A stretch of 64,000 nucleotides of DNA from NCBI GenBank assembly GCA_964550495.1, contig CAZJZO010000001.1, positions 6,925 through 70,924 on the forward strand. Reading direction: 5' to 3'. The stretch comes from an uncultured Porphyrobacter sp. GTDB lineage: Bacteria; Pseudomonadota; Alphaproteobacteria; Sphingomonadales; Sphingomonadaceae. The position numbers were made by a program, and so were the translations under genes. The notes under the pieces are model-generated. The model did not search any database. It saw only the letters and a program-made list of their open reading frames with translations, and had not been told where the DNA came from. This document shows, one piece after another, positions 19,822 to 29,805 of the stretch (positions within the stretch are counted from its first letter, which is position 1; each line of letters starts with the position of its first letter).

Positions 19822-20790
19822 ATGGGCGTGGAACCCGATCTTCTCCCGAGCCGCCGTGAAGCCTTGGTCGAGCACGCCCGACTTGCGATCAAGCACGGCT
19901 CGCAGAGCTTTTCCGCTGCAGCTCGCCTGTTCGACCAGGAGACCCGCGAGCGGGCCTGGCTGCTCTATGCCTGGTGCCGTCGCTGCGACGATATTGCCGA
20001 CAACCAGGTGAAAGGCGGGCCTCTAGGCGACCAGTCCAACCTCGACGACCGGCTCGCGCTGATACGCAAGCTGACCGCCAAGGCATTCGCGGGTGAGCCG
20101 ACAGGCGACCCTGCTTTCGACTCGCTGGGAGTGGTGGCCAAGGAATGCGGACTTACCCCGCAAATGGCCGAGGATGTCATCGCCGGTTTCGCGCTCGATG
20201 CCGAAGACTGGCGCCCCCGTAGCGAGGCCGACATGATGCGCTACTGCTACCATGTCGCAGGCGCGGTGGGTGTGATGATGGCGGTGGTGATGGGGGTCTC
20301 GCCCGACGATCAGGATACGCTCGACCGCGCCAACGATTTGGGACTCGCCTTCCAGCTTTCGAATATCGCGCGAGACATTGTCGAGGATGACGCTGCCGGG
20401 CGTTGCTACCTGCCAGTCCGTTGGCTGGTCGAGGAAGACATTGAGCCCGGCCAGCATACCAAGCCGCACCATCGTCAGGAACTTGCCGATATGGCTGCGC
20501 GGCTGGTGGCGCTGGTCGAGAAACACGAAGCCGCGGCACGTGTCGGCGCCGCCCGCCTTCCGTTCCGCAGCCGTTGGGCGGTGCTTTCCGCCGCGCGCAT
20601 CTACGGCGCGATCGGCCGCAAGGTCAGGAAGCGCGGCACCGAAGCGTGGAATTCACGCACTTATGTGCCGCGCTGGGAGAAAGCACTGTATGGCGCGCGG
20701 GCATTCCTCTCCGCGATCGTAAACCGGGAGAAGCACCCCGATGGCCCGATCACCTGGGGGATCGAGGATTTCCGACCCGATCCGGCTTGA
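19822..20790 (+). CDS. crtB: Phytoene synthase
   Basis: GSQSFSAAARLF, CDDIAD, YCYHVAGAVG and FQLSNIARDIVED motifs. Confidence 0.94.
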   Translation: MGVEPDLLPSRREALVEHARLAIKHGSQSFSAAARLFDQETRERAWLLYAWCRRCDDIADNQVKGGPLGDQSNLDDRLALIRKLTAKAFAGEPTGDPAFDSLGVVAKECGLTPQMAEDVIAGFALDAEDWRPRSEADMMRYCYHVAGAVGVMMAVVMGVSPDDQDTLDRANDLGLAFQLSNIARDIVEDDAAGRCYLPVRWLVEEDIEPGQHTKPHHRQELADMAARLVALVEKHEAAARVGAARLPFRSRWAVLSAARIYGAIGRKVRKRGTEAWNSRTYVPRWEKALYGARAFLSAIVNREKHPDGPITWGIEDFRPDPA

Positions 20791-20823
20791 AGACGCCGCC
20801 AAGGGCGCGTAGCGATTTGCCTC

Positions 20824-21333
20824 ATGAGAGGGACTTCGATTTTCGCACTCGCAATGCTTGCCTCGGTGCCGGCATCCGCCGAGTCGCCCATCACCGACAG
20901 CGAACGCGCGGCGCTTGACGAGGCGGAAGTGCGCCTTGGCGTCAACGCCTTCTTTGCAGCGCTCCGAAGCGAAGACAAAACCGCTCTCGCCCGAACCATG
21001 ATTCCCGAAGCCGTAATCTTCGTTCATGATCGCCGCGATCCGGAGAACCCGATCACGATTGTCCGCCCTGTAAGCGAGCATCTAGAGAACTGGGAAAGGA
21101 CGCCGCCCGGTACCGATGAATACATGACCTATGAGAGCGTCCTGATCGATGGCAGCATGGCGCATGTCTGGGGGCCCTATATCTTCCTGATCGACGGCAA
21201 GCCGACCCATTGCGGGATAAATTCGATGAGCCTCAACAAGACGCCCGATGGATGGCGCGTCTCGAACACAAGCTTCACCGTCACATCGCTCCATGAGTGC
21301 GACAAACTGGGCGCACCCGAGGTGCCGGAATGA
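20824..21333 (+). CDS. Exported NTF2/SnoaL-like protein
   Basis: Signal peptide; AHVWGPYIFLIDGKPTHCGINSM pattern typical of small NTF2-fold proteins; overlaps the next gene (ATGA). Confidence 0.6.
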   Translation: MRGTSIFALAMLASVPASAESPITDSERAALDEAEVRLGVNAFFAALRSEDKTALARTMIPEAVIFVHDRRDPENPITIVRPVSEHLENWERTPPGTDEYMTYESVLIDGSMAHVWGPYIFLIDGKPTHCGINSMSLNKTPDGWRVSNTSFTVTSLHECDKLGAPEVPE

Positions 21334-23225
21334 TCAAGAAACTCCTGATCGCCAATCGCGGCGAGATCGCCTGCCGCATCATGCGCACCGCCCGCGCCAT
21401 GGGCGTGGCCACGGTCGCGGTCTATTCGGACGCCGATGCGAAGGCCCTGCATGTGCGCTCCGCCGACGAGGCGGTGCATATAGGCCCCTCGCCCGCCGCC
21501 GAGAGCTACTTGGTCGGCGACAAGATCATCGCCGCCGCCAAGGAAACCGGCGCTGAGGCGATCCATCCGGGATATGGCTTCCTGTCCGAGAACGCCGACT
21601 TCGCGCAGGCTGTGATTGACGCGGGGCTGATCTGGGTCGGACCAAAACCCGAAAGCATTCGCGCGATGGGGCTCAAGGACGCCGCCAAGGAGCGCATGAT
21701 CGCCGCCGGTGTGCCGGTGACGCCGGGCTATCTGGGCGAAGATCAATCGGTCGAGCGGCTCACGAAGGAAGCCGAAGCAATTGGCTATCCTGTATTGATC
21801 AAGGCGGTTGCGGGCGGCGGCGGCAAGGGGATGCGCAAGGTCGATGCCCCGGCAGACTTTGCAGCTGCGCTCGAAAGCTGCCAGCGCGAGGCCAAGGCCA
21901 GCTTCGGCAATGACGAAGTGCTGCTCGAAAAGTGGATCACCTCGCCGCGCCATATCGAAGTGCAGGTCTTCGGCGACAGCCACGGCAATGTCGTCCACCT
22001 GTTCGAACGCGATTGCTCGCTCCAGCGCCGCCACCAGAAAGTGATCGAGGAAGCCCCCGCCCCCGGCATGGACGAGGCGACCCGCGAAGAAATCTGCGCC
22101 GCCGCCGTGCGCGCTGCCAAGGCGGTCGATTACGAAGGCGCGGGCACGATCGAATTCATCGCCGATGCGTCAGAGGGACTACGCGCCGACCGCATCTTCT
22201 TTATGGAGATGAATACGCGGCTTCAGGTCGAACACCCCGTGACCGAAGAGATCACCGGGGTCGACCTGGTCGAGTGGCAGCTGCGTGTGGCAAGCGGCGA
22301 GCCGATTCCGCTAGAGCAGGACGAGCTGTCAATCACGGGTCACGCGGTTGAGGCACGGCTTTATGCGGAGGATCCGGCGAAAGGGTTCCTGCCGAGCACG
22401 GGCAAACTCGAACTGCTCGAACTTTTCCCGGAAGACGCTCGAATTGAGACCAGTGTCGAGGAGGGCGATAAAGTCTCTCCCTTCTATGATCCCATGATCG
22501 CCAAAGTGATTGTGCACGGTGAAGATCGCCAGGCAGCGATCAGTGCCCTCGGTTTTCAGCTGTCCATCTCACGTGTCTGGCCGGTCAAATCAAACAAGGG
22601 ATTCCTTGTCCGGCTTCTAAGGGATGAAAGGGTTCTTGACGCCAATTTGGACACTGGTCTCATTGCAGACCGGTTCGACGATCTTACCGAGGTGCCGCGA
22701 CCCTCTGACCGGGTTCTGAGTGACGCGTTATGCTGGCTACAACGGGAATCGACTGACTTCGACCAATTGAGCACCGGAATGCGTGGGTTCCGACTCAACG
22801 CGCCCCATAAGCCAAAGGAAAGGCTAGACGTCGAGGCTGAGGAAAGTGAGTTCGTCTTTCAGCCCACCGCGCCTGGCCAAAGATTCGAGCATGGCTTCGT
22901 CGACGTCCATCATCACGGCGATCAGTTCGTACAAATAGCGGGTGACCTGATTCGCCTGTCTTGGCCTCGCCACGATGGCACCGGACACGCCTCCGCCGCA
23001 GACGGCGCCATCCTCGCGCCGATGCCGGGCAAGGTCATCGCGGTCGATGTTGCCGAGGGCGATGCGGTCACCGCAGGCCAGCGGCTGATGGTGCTCGAGG
23101 CGATGAAGATGGAGCACGCGCTCACCGCACCGTTCGACGGGACCGTCACCGGACTTTCCGCCAGTGAAGGCGGACAGGTGCAGGTTGAAGCGGTGCTGTG
23201 CGTGGTGGAGCCAGCCGAGGAATGA
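21330..23225 (+). CDS. Acyl-CoA carboxylase alpha subunit (biotin carboxylase plus biotin carrier)
   Basis: LIANRGEIA, HPGYGFLSEN, GGGGKG, EMNTRLQVEHPVTE and biotinylation motif EAMKM. Confidence 0.95.
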   Translation: MIKKLLIANRGEIACRIMRTARAMGVATVAVYSDADAKALHVRSADEAVHIGPSPAAESYLVGDKIIAAAKETGAEAIHPGYGFLSENADFAQAVIDAGLIWVGPKPESIRAMGLKDAAKERMIAAGVPVTPGYLGEDQSVERLTKEAEAIGYPVLIKAVAGGGGKGMRKVDAPADFAAALESCQREAKASFGNDEVLLEKWITSPRHIEVQVFGDSHGNVVHLFERDCSLQRRHQKVIEEAPAPGMDEATREEICAAAVRAAKAVDYEGAGTIEFIADASEGLRADRIFFMEMNTRLQVEHPVTEEITGVDLVEWQLRVASGEPIPLEQDELSITGHAVEARLYAEDPAKGFLPSTGKLELLELFPEDARIETSVEEGDKVSPFYDPMIAKVIVHGEDRQAAISALGFQLSISRVWPVKSNKGFLVRLLRDERVLDANLDTGLIADRFDDLTEVPRPSDRVLSDALCWLQRESTDFDQLSTGMRGFRLNAPHKPKERLDVEAEESEFVFQPTAPGQRFEHGFVDVHHHGDQFVQIAGDLIRLSWPRHDGTGHASAADGAILAPMPGKVIAVDVAEGDAVTAGQRLMVLEAMKMEHALTAPFDGTVTGLSASEGGQVQVEAVLCVVEPAEE

Positions 23226-23233
23226 TCCAAGCT

Positions 23234-23301
23234 CCGTTCGTGTCGAGCGCAGTCGAGACACGGCAGCGCAAGCGGTTCTCGACTTCGCTCGAACCGAACG
23301 G
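23234..23301. repeat. REP-like palindromic intergenic element
   Basis: CCGTTCG-TG-TCGAGCG-C-AGTCGAGA ... TCTCGACT-T-CGCTCGA-AC-CGAACGG: a long imperfect inverted repeat between the carboxylase subunit genes. Confidence 0.65.
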
Positions 23302-23313
23302 CGAGGGTTGCGC

Positions 23314-24864
23314 ATGACCTGGGCGAAAGAACTCGAAGAACTGCGCAAACGTGAGGCCCTCGCCGAAGAGATGGGCGGGCCGGACAAGGTCGCCCGCCAG
23401 CATTCACGCGGCAAGATGGACGCTCGCGCGCGGCTTGCGGCGCTGTGCGACGAAGGCTCGTTTCGCGAGATCGGCAAGATCGCAGGCAAGGGCCACTACG
23501 ACCAGAACGGCGACCTGACCGGCGTCACACCCGCCCCATTCCTGTTCGGCAAGGCGACGGTGAACGGCCGCCCGGTTGTCGCGACGGCGGACGACTTCAC
23601 CATTCGCGGCGGCGCGGCCGATGCCGGCATCAAGCGCAAAATGGTTCAGGCCGAGCAGATGGCACATGAGCTAAGGCTCCCCATCATCAAGATGATCGAC
23701 GGGACCGGCGGCGGCGGCTCGGTCAAGACGCTCGAGCAGATTGGCGCGACCTATATCCCCGCAGTTCCGGGCTGGGGGGATGTGGTCACGAACCTTGAGA
23801 CCGTGCCCGTGGTCGCGCTGGCGCTGGGACCGACCGCAGGGCTCGGCGCGGCGCGGATCGTTGCGAGCCATTATTCGATCATGGTTCGTGGGCTTTCGCA
23901 GCTCTTTGCGGCTGGACCCGCGGTGGTCGATGCCATGGGTTCGGACTACGAGCAGCCCAAGGACCACAATGAGGCCAAGGAAGCGCTCGGCGGCGCCGAC
24001 ATCCACACCCGCAACGGTGTGGTCGATGACGAAGTTGCCAGTGAAGCCGAGGCCTTCGCCCGCGCGCGGCATTTCCTCACCTTCATGCCGGAGCATGTCG
24101 GACAGCTTGCCCGACGTTCGAACTGCACCGATCCGGTCCATCGCAAGGAAGAGGCGCTGCTGAGCCTTGTCCCGCGCGACCCACGCCAGGTCTATTCGAT
24201 GCGGCGCGCGCTCGATCTGATTCTCGATCAGGGCACCGTATTCGAGATCGGCAAGAACTGGGGCCGCGCGGCGATCACCGCCCTCGCCCGGCTCGACGGC
24301 TGGCCGGTAGCCGTGGTGGCGAGCGATCCGTCCTATCTCGGCGGATCATGGGAGGCCAAGACAAGCGAGAAAGTCGAACGCTTCGTCAAGCTCGCCGACC
24401 AGTTCCGGCTGCCGATCGTCCACCTTGTCGACAATCCCGGTTTCATGATCGGGACCGAGGCGGAGACCGCCGGGACGATTCGCTACGGTGTCAATGCGAT
24501 GAACGCGATTTATCGAGCGACCGTCCCGCTCGCGAGCATCGTCCTGCGCCGCGCCTATGGGATTGCGGGCAGCGCGATGAGCAATGCCGACCGATATCAG
24601 TACCGCTTCTGCTGGCCCTCGGGCGACTGGGGCAGTCTTCCTATCGCAGGTGGGCTGGAGGTCGCTTACAAGGCCGAGTTAGAGGCGAGCGAGGATCCCG
24701 GCGCGGAGCTGGAAACCATCAGGGAGCGGCTTGCCAAAGTCACCTCGCCATTCCGATCGGCAGAACGCTTCAACGTCGAAGATATTATCGATCCGCGCGA
24801 CACTCGGCCGCTGCTGTGCGAGTTTGCCGAACTCGCCTGGCGCAAGCTCGAAAGCGAAGCCTAA
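23314..24864 (+). CDS. Acyl-CoA carboxylase carboxyltransferase (beta) subunit
   Basis: MGGPDKVARQH..GKMDARARL, DDFTIRGGA, VDNPGF and AYG motifs. Confidence 0.92.
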   Translation: MTWAKELEELRKREALAEEMGGPDKVARQHSRGKMDARARLAALCDEGSFREIGKIAGKGHYDQNGDLTGVTPAPFLFGKATVNGRPVVATADDFTIRGGAADAGIKRKMVQAEQMAHELRLPIIKMIDGTGGGGSVKTLEQIGATYIPAVPGWGDVVTNLETVPVVALALGPTAGLGAARIVASHYSIMVRGLSQLFAAGPAVVDAMGSDYEQPKDHNEAKEALGGADIHTRNGVVDDEVASEAEAFARARHFLTFMPEHVGQLARRSNCTDPVHRKEEALLSLVPRDPRQVYSMRRALDLILDQGTVFEIGKNWGRAAITALARLDGWPVAVVASDPSYLGGSWEAKTSEKVERFVKLADQFRLPIVHLVDNPGFMIGTEAETAGTIRYGVNAMNAIYRATVPLASIVLRRAYGIAGSAMSNADRYQYRFCWPSGDWGSLPIAGGLEVAYKAELEASEDPGAELETIRERLAKVTSPFRSAERFNVEDIIDPRDTRPLLCEFAELAWRKLESEA

Positions 24865-26093
24865 GCCGTTGGAGCGTTGGGCCGCGTGAATAGCACGCCC
24901 TTCTCACTAAACAGGATGAATCCCAGCCCGACCAGGCCGCAGATCAGCATCGCTACAGCCAGCGGACCGGAACTCCCATCGTACTGGTAGCCGATAAAGG
25001 CTCCGAGAATTGCCCCAGTACCCATGCGCAAGGCCGTGTGCGCGCTGCTGGCCGCTCCGGCAATATGTCCGAAGGGCTGCATGGCGATCGACGAAAAATT
25101 CGAACCGATAAAGCCCAGCATTGCCATGTTCAGGCTCAGCAGAATCACAAACTCGGCCAAGCCTTGCGGCTGATTGCTGGCGGACCACCACATGACGCAA
25201 CTGATCCCGATAAAAGACAGCAGCGCCGTGTGTCCAACTCGCCGAGCGCCAAACCTTTCGACAATCCTCGAATTGGTGAAGTTGGCGACCACCATGCCAA
25301 CGACCGCTCCGCCGAATATGATCGCGAAGTAGTCGCCCATGCCGAAGGCCTCGCCGATCAATTGCTGCGAGGAATTGAGGAAACCGAAGAGACTGCCGAA
25401 CACCAGTGCACTGCCAATGACATAGCCAATCGAGCATCGCACCGAGACCGCTTCGCGCATGTTTCGCAGGATCGTCGGCGGGTCGATCTCCTGCACGTTT
25501 TCCGGCGCCAGGCTTTCCGGCAGTCTTAGCCAAACCCATCCCCCTACGATCGCGCCCATCAGCGCCATTGCGCCAAAGATTGCACGCCAACCTGCCACCA
25601 TCATGATCCCTTGCCCAATCGCGGGCGCAAGAATCGGCACAAGCAGAAAGATCATCATTATCAGGCTCATCAGCCGGGCCATCCGATCTCCGCCGACATG
25701 GTCGCGAACGATCGCTGCCGGAACCACGCTGAGGCCGGCACAGCAGATCCCTTGCACAATCCTCAACCCGACCAGCGCCCAGAAATTGCTTATAAGGGCG
25801 CAGGCCAGCGAAAGGACGATGTAAGCAACCAGACCCACGGCCAGCACGGGTCTGCGTCCGAACCGATCGGCAAACGCTCCCGGGAAGAAGGCACCAACCC
25901 CTGCACCGAGGAAATAGGAACTGATCACCAGCTGTCGATCATTGCCCGCCGCACCCATTTCATCCGCCATCTCGCCAAGCGCAGGCAGCATGGCATCGAT
26001 GCCAAAGGCTTGCAGGCTCATCAGCAGCGCCATCAGCACGATCATTTCGCGCTCGCCCAAGGGGCGGCTAGTCGAGGCGGTAGTTGCAGTCAC
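24861..26093 (-). CDS. MFS transporter, Bcr/CflA family
   Basis: About 12 hydrophobic segments; IDAMLPAL and DRFGRRPV motifs. Start (GTG 26093) is uncertain. Confidence 0.88.
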   Translation of the reverse strand: MTATTASTSRPLGEREMIVLMALLMSLQAFGIDAMLPALGEMADEMGAAGNDRQLVISSYFLGAGVGAFFPGAFADRFGRRPVLAVGLVAYIVLSLACALISNFWALVGLRIVQGICCAGLSVVPAAIVRDHVGGDRMARLMSLIMMIFLLVPILAPAIGQGIMMVAGWRAIFGAMALMGAIVGGWVWLRLPESLAPENVQEIDPPTILRNMREAVSVRCSIGYVIGSALVFGSLFGFLNSSQQLIGEAFGMGDYFAIIFGGAVVGMVVANFTNSRIVERFGARRVGHTALLSFIGISCVMWWSASNQPQGLAEFVILLSLNMAMLGFIGSNFSSIAMQPFGHIAGAASSAHTALRMGTGAILGAFIGYQYDGSSGPLAVAMLICGLVGLGFILFSEKGVLFTRPNAPTA

Positions 26094-26207
26094 CAAGTGG
26101 CCTTGGGCGCAACCAAGCAATAAGGGAAGCGCGTTTTTGGTAAGCCTGTGAAGCGATTGGTCCTGCGATAGGTTCCGAATGCCGCCGATAGAGACTATCG
26201 TGCTTGC

Positions 26208-27332
26208 ATGTCTGACGCGCGTTCGAACGAAGCGGAGGAAGGCGAAGCGACAGGCCTTCGAAAGATCATCCATGTCGATATGGATGCGTTCTTCGCCAGC
26301 GTCGAACAACGCGACAATCCGGATTTGCGCGGCAAGCCGGTTGCGGTTGGCGGGTCTGGCGGGCGTGGAGTGGTCGCGGCGGCAAGCTATGAAGCGCGCA
26401 AGTTCGGTGTGCGCTCGGCCATGCCGTCGGTCACTGCCAAGCGGCTGTGTCCCGATCTGATCTTCGTCAAACATCGGTTCGACGCCTACAAGGAGGCGAG
26501 CCGTCAGATCAGAGCCATATTCGAACACCATACGCCGCATGTCGAACCGCTCAGCCTCGATGAGGCGTATCTCGACGTGACCGAAGATAGGCTCGGCATC
26601 GGTTCCGCCACCCGGATTGCCGAACTGATCCGCCAGGAGATCCGCGCCAAGACGCAGCTCACCGCGAGCGCTGGCGTCAGCTACAACAAGTTCCTCGCCA
26701 AGCTTGCTAGCGACCAGAACAAGCCGGACGGCATTTGCGTCATCCGCCCGGGCCAGGGTGCGGATTTCGTCGCCGCATTGCCGATCAGACGTTTTCACGG
26801 GGTTGGCCCGAAAGCCGAAGAGAAAATGAAACGGTTGGGTATCGATACCGGTGCGGATCTTGCGGCGAAGGACATCGAATTCCTCCGCAGCAACTTTGGC
26901 TCATTCGCCGATTATCTGTTTCGAGCGGCGCGGGGCATCGACTTGCGCCCAGTGCGCGCTCACCGCATCCGCAAGTCTGTCGGTGGAGAGCGGACATTCA
27001 ACGACGACATTTCCAGCGGCTCGGCCCTGCGCGATACGCTGGAAAACATCATCGATATCGTATGGGACCGGATCGAAAGCGCCAAGGCGCGCGGTCGAAC
27101 AGTCACCTTGAAGATGAAATTCACCGACTTCCAGACGATAACGCGCGCCAAATCGGTGTCCCATTGGGTCGAAGACAAGGGCGAATTTGCCCGCTTGAGC
27201 CGGACGCTGCTTGAGGAGACGTTGCCACTGCCGATGCCGATCCGACTGATGGGGCTGACCCTTTCCAATCTGGACCATGGAGAAGAAGACGAACCCGATA
27301 GCGAGACCGCTTCGCAGCTATCATTGCTGTGA
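26208..27332 (+). CDS. dinB: DNA polymerase IV
   Basis: HVDMDAFFASVEQ, SYEARKFGV, SLDEAYLD and NKFLAK motifs. Confidence 0.96.
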   Translation: MSDARSNEAEEGEATGLRKIIHVDMDAFFASVEQRDNPDLRGKPVAVGGSGGRGVVAAASYEARKFGVRSAMPSVTAKRLCPDLIFVKHRFDAYKEASRQIRAIFEHHTPHVEPLSLDEAYLDVTEDRLGIGSATRIAELIRQEIRAKTQLTASAGVSYNKFLAKLASDQNKPDGICVIRPGQGADFVAALPIRRFHGVGPKAEEKMKRLGIDTGADLAAKDIEFLRSNFGSFADYLFRAARGIDLRPVRAHRIRKSVGGERTFNDDISSGSALRDTLENIIDIVWDRIESAKARGRTVTLKMKFTDFQTITRAKSVSHWVEDKGEFARLSRTLLEETLPLPMPIRLMGLTLSNLDHGEEDEPDSETASQLSLL

Positions 27333-27824
27333 CTGGCTGCGCCTTACCCTGAATTTTCGCCAATGTTCGATCCGCGCGTGAGTTATCCCACCCAGGGGTT
27401 CGGGTAGGGAGTGACTGGGAAAGAAGCGCGCTTCGATCACTTCCCGCATATCCGGTTTCGGCCTTGTGTCGCATGTCGCTGAGAACACATAGGCTGTGTG
27501 GCGCGACCCGGATATGTCCTCTTCGATAACTCCAACCTGCTCGAGTTTGGCCAGCTCAAGACCAAGTTCCTCAAACACTTCGCGCCGGGCGGCGTCGGCG
27601 GGGTCTTCACCATGTGCGATCCCGCCTCCGGGCAGCGCCCATACGCGCGGCCCATAGGAATGCCGGAGAAGCAAAATCGCACCAGACAGGTTGCTGATGA
27701 TCACACAGCAACCTTTCAGTTCCGCCTTGTGCCAGCGTCGCCAGCCTTGGCGGATGCGAAATGCGAGCGGCAGGATCGCTCTGTGAATTGGAGCGGGCAG
27801 CAGTCTCTCAATTAAGTGAAGCAT
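27321..27824 (-). CDS. NUDIX hydrolase
   Basis: Nudix box GGIAHGEDPADAARREVFEELG. Confidence 0.88.
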   Translation of the reverse strand: MLHLIERLLPAPIHRAILPLAFRIRQGWRRWHKAELKGCCVIISNLSGAILLLRHSYGPRVWALPGGGIAHGEDPADAARREVFEELGLELAKLEQVGVIEEDISGSRHTAYVFSATCDTRPKPDMREVIEARFFPSHSLPEPLGGITHARIEHWRKFRVRRSQSQQ

Positions 27825-28441
27825 GTGACTGCAAGACCGCTGCGTTCGTCAGCTGCGCGCAGCAACCGGGCGATCGGCAGGTCGTGCTCTCCAGCCAGGG
27901 CCGCATCGAACACCGCGCGCTTTGCCTCGCCGCGAATGACGAAGACCATCCGCTCGCATTGCAGCAAAGACGGCATCGTCAGCGTGATCCGATCAAACGG
28001 AGCTTCGGGTGGCAGCGGATCAGGTGTGAGGCGCCTGACCGGTCTGGGATCATCGGATTGCGGATCCGTGTTGGGAAACAGAGAGGCGATATGCCCGTCT
28101 GCGCCCATGCCGAGCCAGACCAGTGCAAAAGGCGGTGGTGCCGCATCGGGCTCCAGCGCGATGACGCGGGCACCGACCGGCTCGAACGCCTGTCGAATCT
28201 TGCCGGTGTTGGAAGCGGCATGATCTTCCGGCACCACGCGGTCGTCGCCCGGCCACACATCGAGCCGGGCAAAATCGAGATCCCGCTTCACCAGCGTTTC
28301 GAAAATGGGAAACGGGGTCGAGCCGCCCGGCACGGCAATCGCGCATCGCCCTTCGCTCGCGTCGAAAGCGGCGCGCAATTCCGCTTCCAGCCAGTCAGCG
28401 ATCGCTGCGTCATCGGCGTTGTCTTGGAATTCGATCCTCAT
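27812..28441 (-). CDS. pgl: 6-phosphogluconolactonase
   Basis: PGGSTP, GDDRVVP, LGMGADGHIASLFP and RITLT motifs. Confidence 0.88.
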   Translation of the reverse strand: MRIEFQDNADDAAIADWLEAELRAAFDASEGRCAIAVPGGSTPFPIFETLVKRDLDFARLDVWPGDDRVVPEDHAASNTGKIRQAFEPVGARVIALEPDAAPPPFALVWLGMGADGHIASLFPNTDPQSDDPRPVRRLTPDPLPPEAPFDRITLTMPSLLQCERMVFVIRGEAKRAVFDAALAGEHDLPIARLLRAADERSGLAVTCFT

Positions 28442-28526
28442 GTCGCCCGCATAGCAAAAGGGCCGCGCCGGCACAGCGGGAACGGCCCTTTTTGATGTGG
28501 ACGCATCTAGCGCCCGAGCGACGGGA

Positions 28527-28988
28527 TCAACCAAGCAGGGAGTTCAGAAACCAGACTCGCTCTTCGGCCATATCGGTCCAGTCGTCGATGAGCCCGTCGG
28601 TGGCGTTGTCTCCGGCTGCTTCGGCGAGATCCTTCATCGCCTTGAGGCGCTCAACCATCCGTTGGTTGTCGTCGCGCAACTCGGCGATCATGTCCTCAGC
28701 CGACAGCGTCGCGCCGTTCTGGTCATTCACCTGAGTGTTTTGAGCGATCATCCCGATCGACGTGATTGTGTCTCCACCCAGCTTGCGGGCGCGTTCACCG
28801 ATCGCATCGATCTGGCCCTGGATCGCCATTGCCTGCTCGTCGAACAAAAGGTGCAGATCGCGGAATCGTGGGCCTTTCACATGCCAGTGAAAGTTCTTGG
28901 TCTTCACGTAGAGCGCGAAATGATCGGCCAGCAGGCCATTGATTTCACTGACCATCTGGGTGATCGAATTGGTATTGGGGTCAAGCAT
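28527..28988 (-). CDS. dps: Dps family ferritin-like DNA protection protein
   Basis: KNFHWHVKGPRFRDLHLLFDEQ ferroxidase motif; GAGGA SD before ATG 28988. Confidence 0.92.
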   Translation of the reverse strand: MLDPNTNSITQMVSEINGLLADHFALYVKTKNFHWHVKGPRFRDLHLLFDEQAMAIQGQIDAIGERARKLGGDTITSIGMIAQNTQVNDQNGATLSAEDMIAELRDDNQRMVERLKAMKDLAEAAGDNATDGLIDDWTDMAEERVWFLNSLLG

Positions 28989-29119
28989 GTTGTCCTCCTG
29001 AATGTGCGTGCAGCGCTCAAAGTCGGGGAGCGGGACGCGTCGAATATGTGCATTCAATCAACGGACAAACAGGTCATGGGTTTCGCGAAATTCCAGTTCG
29101 CACAAATCGGACAAAGCGA

Positions 29120-29683
29120 TCACAGGAACATGTAACGAGCGTTTAGTCCGATCAAAAGAGCTGCAAGGATCAGGCAGACGCCCAGCACCAATCGGATGGC
29201 CCGCAACGGCATCTTGTCTTCTAGCGTTGCCCCCAGAGTCCAGCCGAGGCCGATCGCCGCAGCGCCGCCGACCCCTCCCCCGACAAAGGTCACAACCGGG
29301 TAGGTTGCTTGGGCCGCCAGCGCGAACACGACGAAACGCGCGGCGTCGCCCATCTGTCGCGCAAGCAAGACCAGCCCTATCGCGCCAAGCGAACGGGTCG
29401 GCTCTTCGAACGCCTTGAGTTTGACCGGCCAGAACAGCTCAAACGCGGCCGCGGCAAGTGCAAATGCAACCAGCATGTCGGCAGCGCGGGGAGGAAGCAG
29501 TTCGGCCAGGGTCGCGCCGGCAAAGGCCATCACTGCGGCACTCAACACCGCGCAGACAGTCCCCAATGCGAACAGTTGGAACGACTGCTGCAACCCGTCT
29601 GCCAGGCGCGCGACCAAGATCTGGTCGCGGCCGCCAAGCCCGATCGCGAAGACCAACAGAGCGGAGAACAGAAAGGAATCCAT
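29120..29683 (-). CDS. Membrane protein, degenerate TMEM165/GDT1 (UPF0016)-like
   Basis: Two hydrophobic halves with GLGGRDQ and QMGDAA where the family has ExGDKT; AGGAGG SD upstream. Confidence 0.55.
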   Translation of the reverse strand: MDSFLFSALLVFAIGLGGRDQILVARLADGLQQSFQLFALGTVCAVLSAAVMAFAGATLAELLPPRAADMLVAFALAAAAFELFWPVKLKAFEEPTRSLGAIGLVLLARQMGDAARFVVFALAAQATYPVVTFVGGGVGGAAAIGLGWTLGATLEDKMPLRAIRLVLGVCLILAALLIGLNARYMFL

Positions 29684-29805
29684 GATCGCCTCCTATCACC
29701 AGAAGGTTCAGGCAAGGCAAACATCGGCGGACTGGCATTTTTGGCGGGCTGGCAGCGCCACCTGTTCCGTTCTAGGTCCGTACGAAACCAAGATCGGGAG
29801 AGACG

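Noticed and set aside
26094-26798. N-terminal extension of ORF 24861..26798, and similar extensions of 9185..10753, 10314..12728, 15262..16380, 23164..24864 and 41940..42899
   Set aside because: The extensions overlap genes on the other strand or upstream genes; starts were trimmed to where family similarity, signal peptides or SD sequences begin.
29684-29805. Possible yybP-ykoY manganese riboswitch upstream of the GDT1-like gene
   Set aside because: The hallmark GGGGAGTAG, CAACATAC and GAGACC segments are absent on the minus strand.
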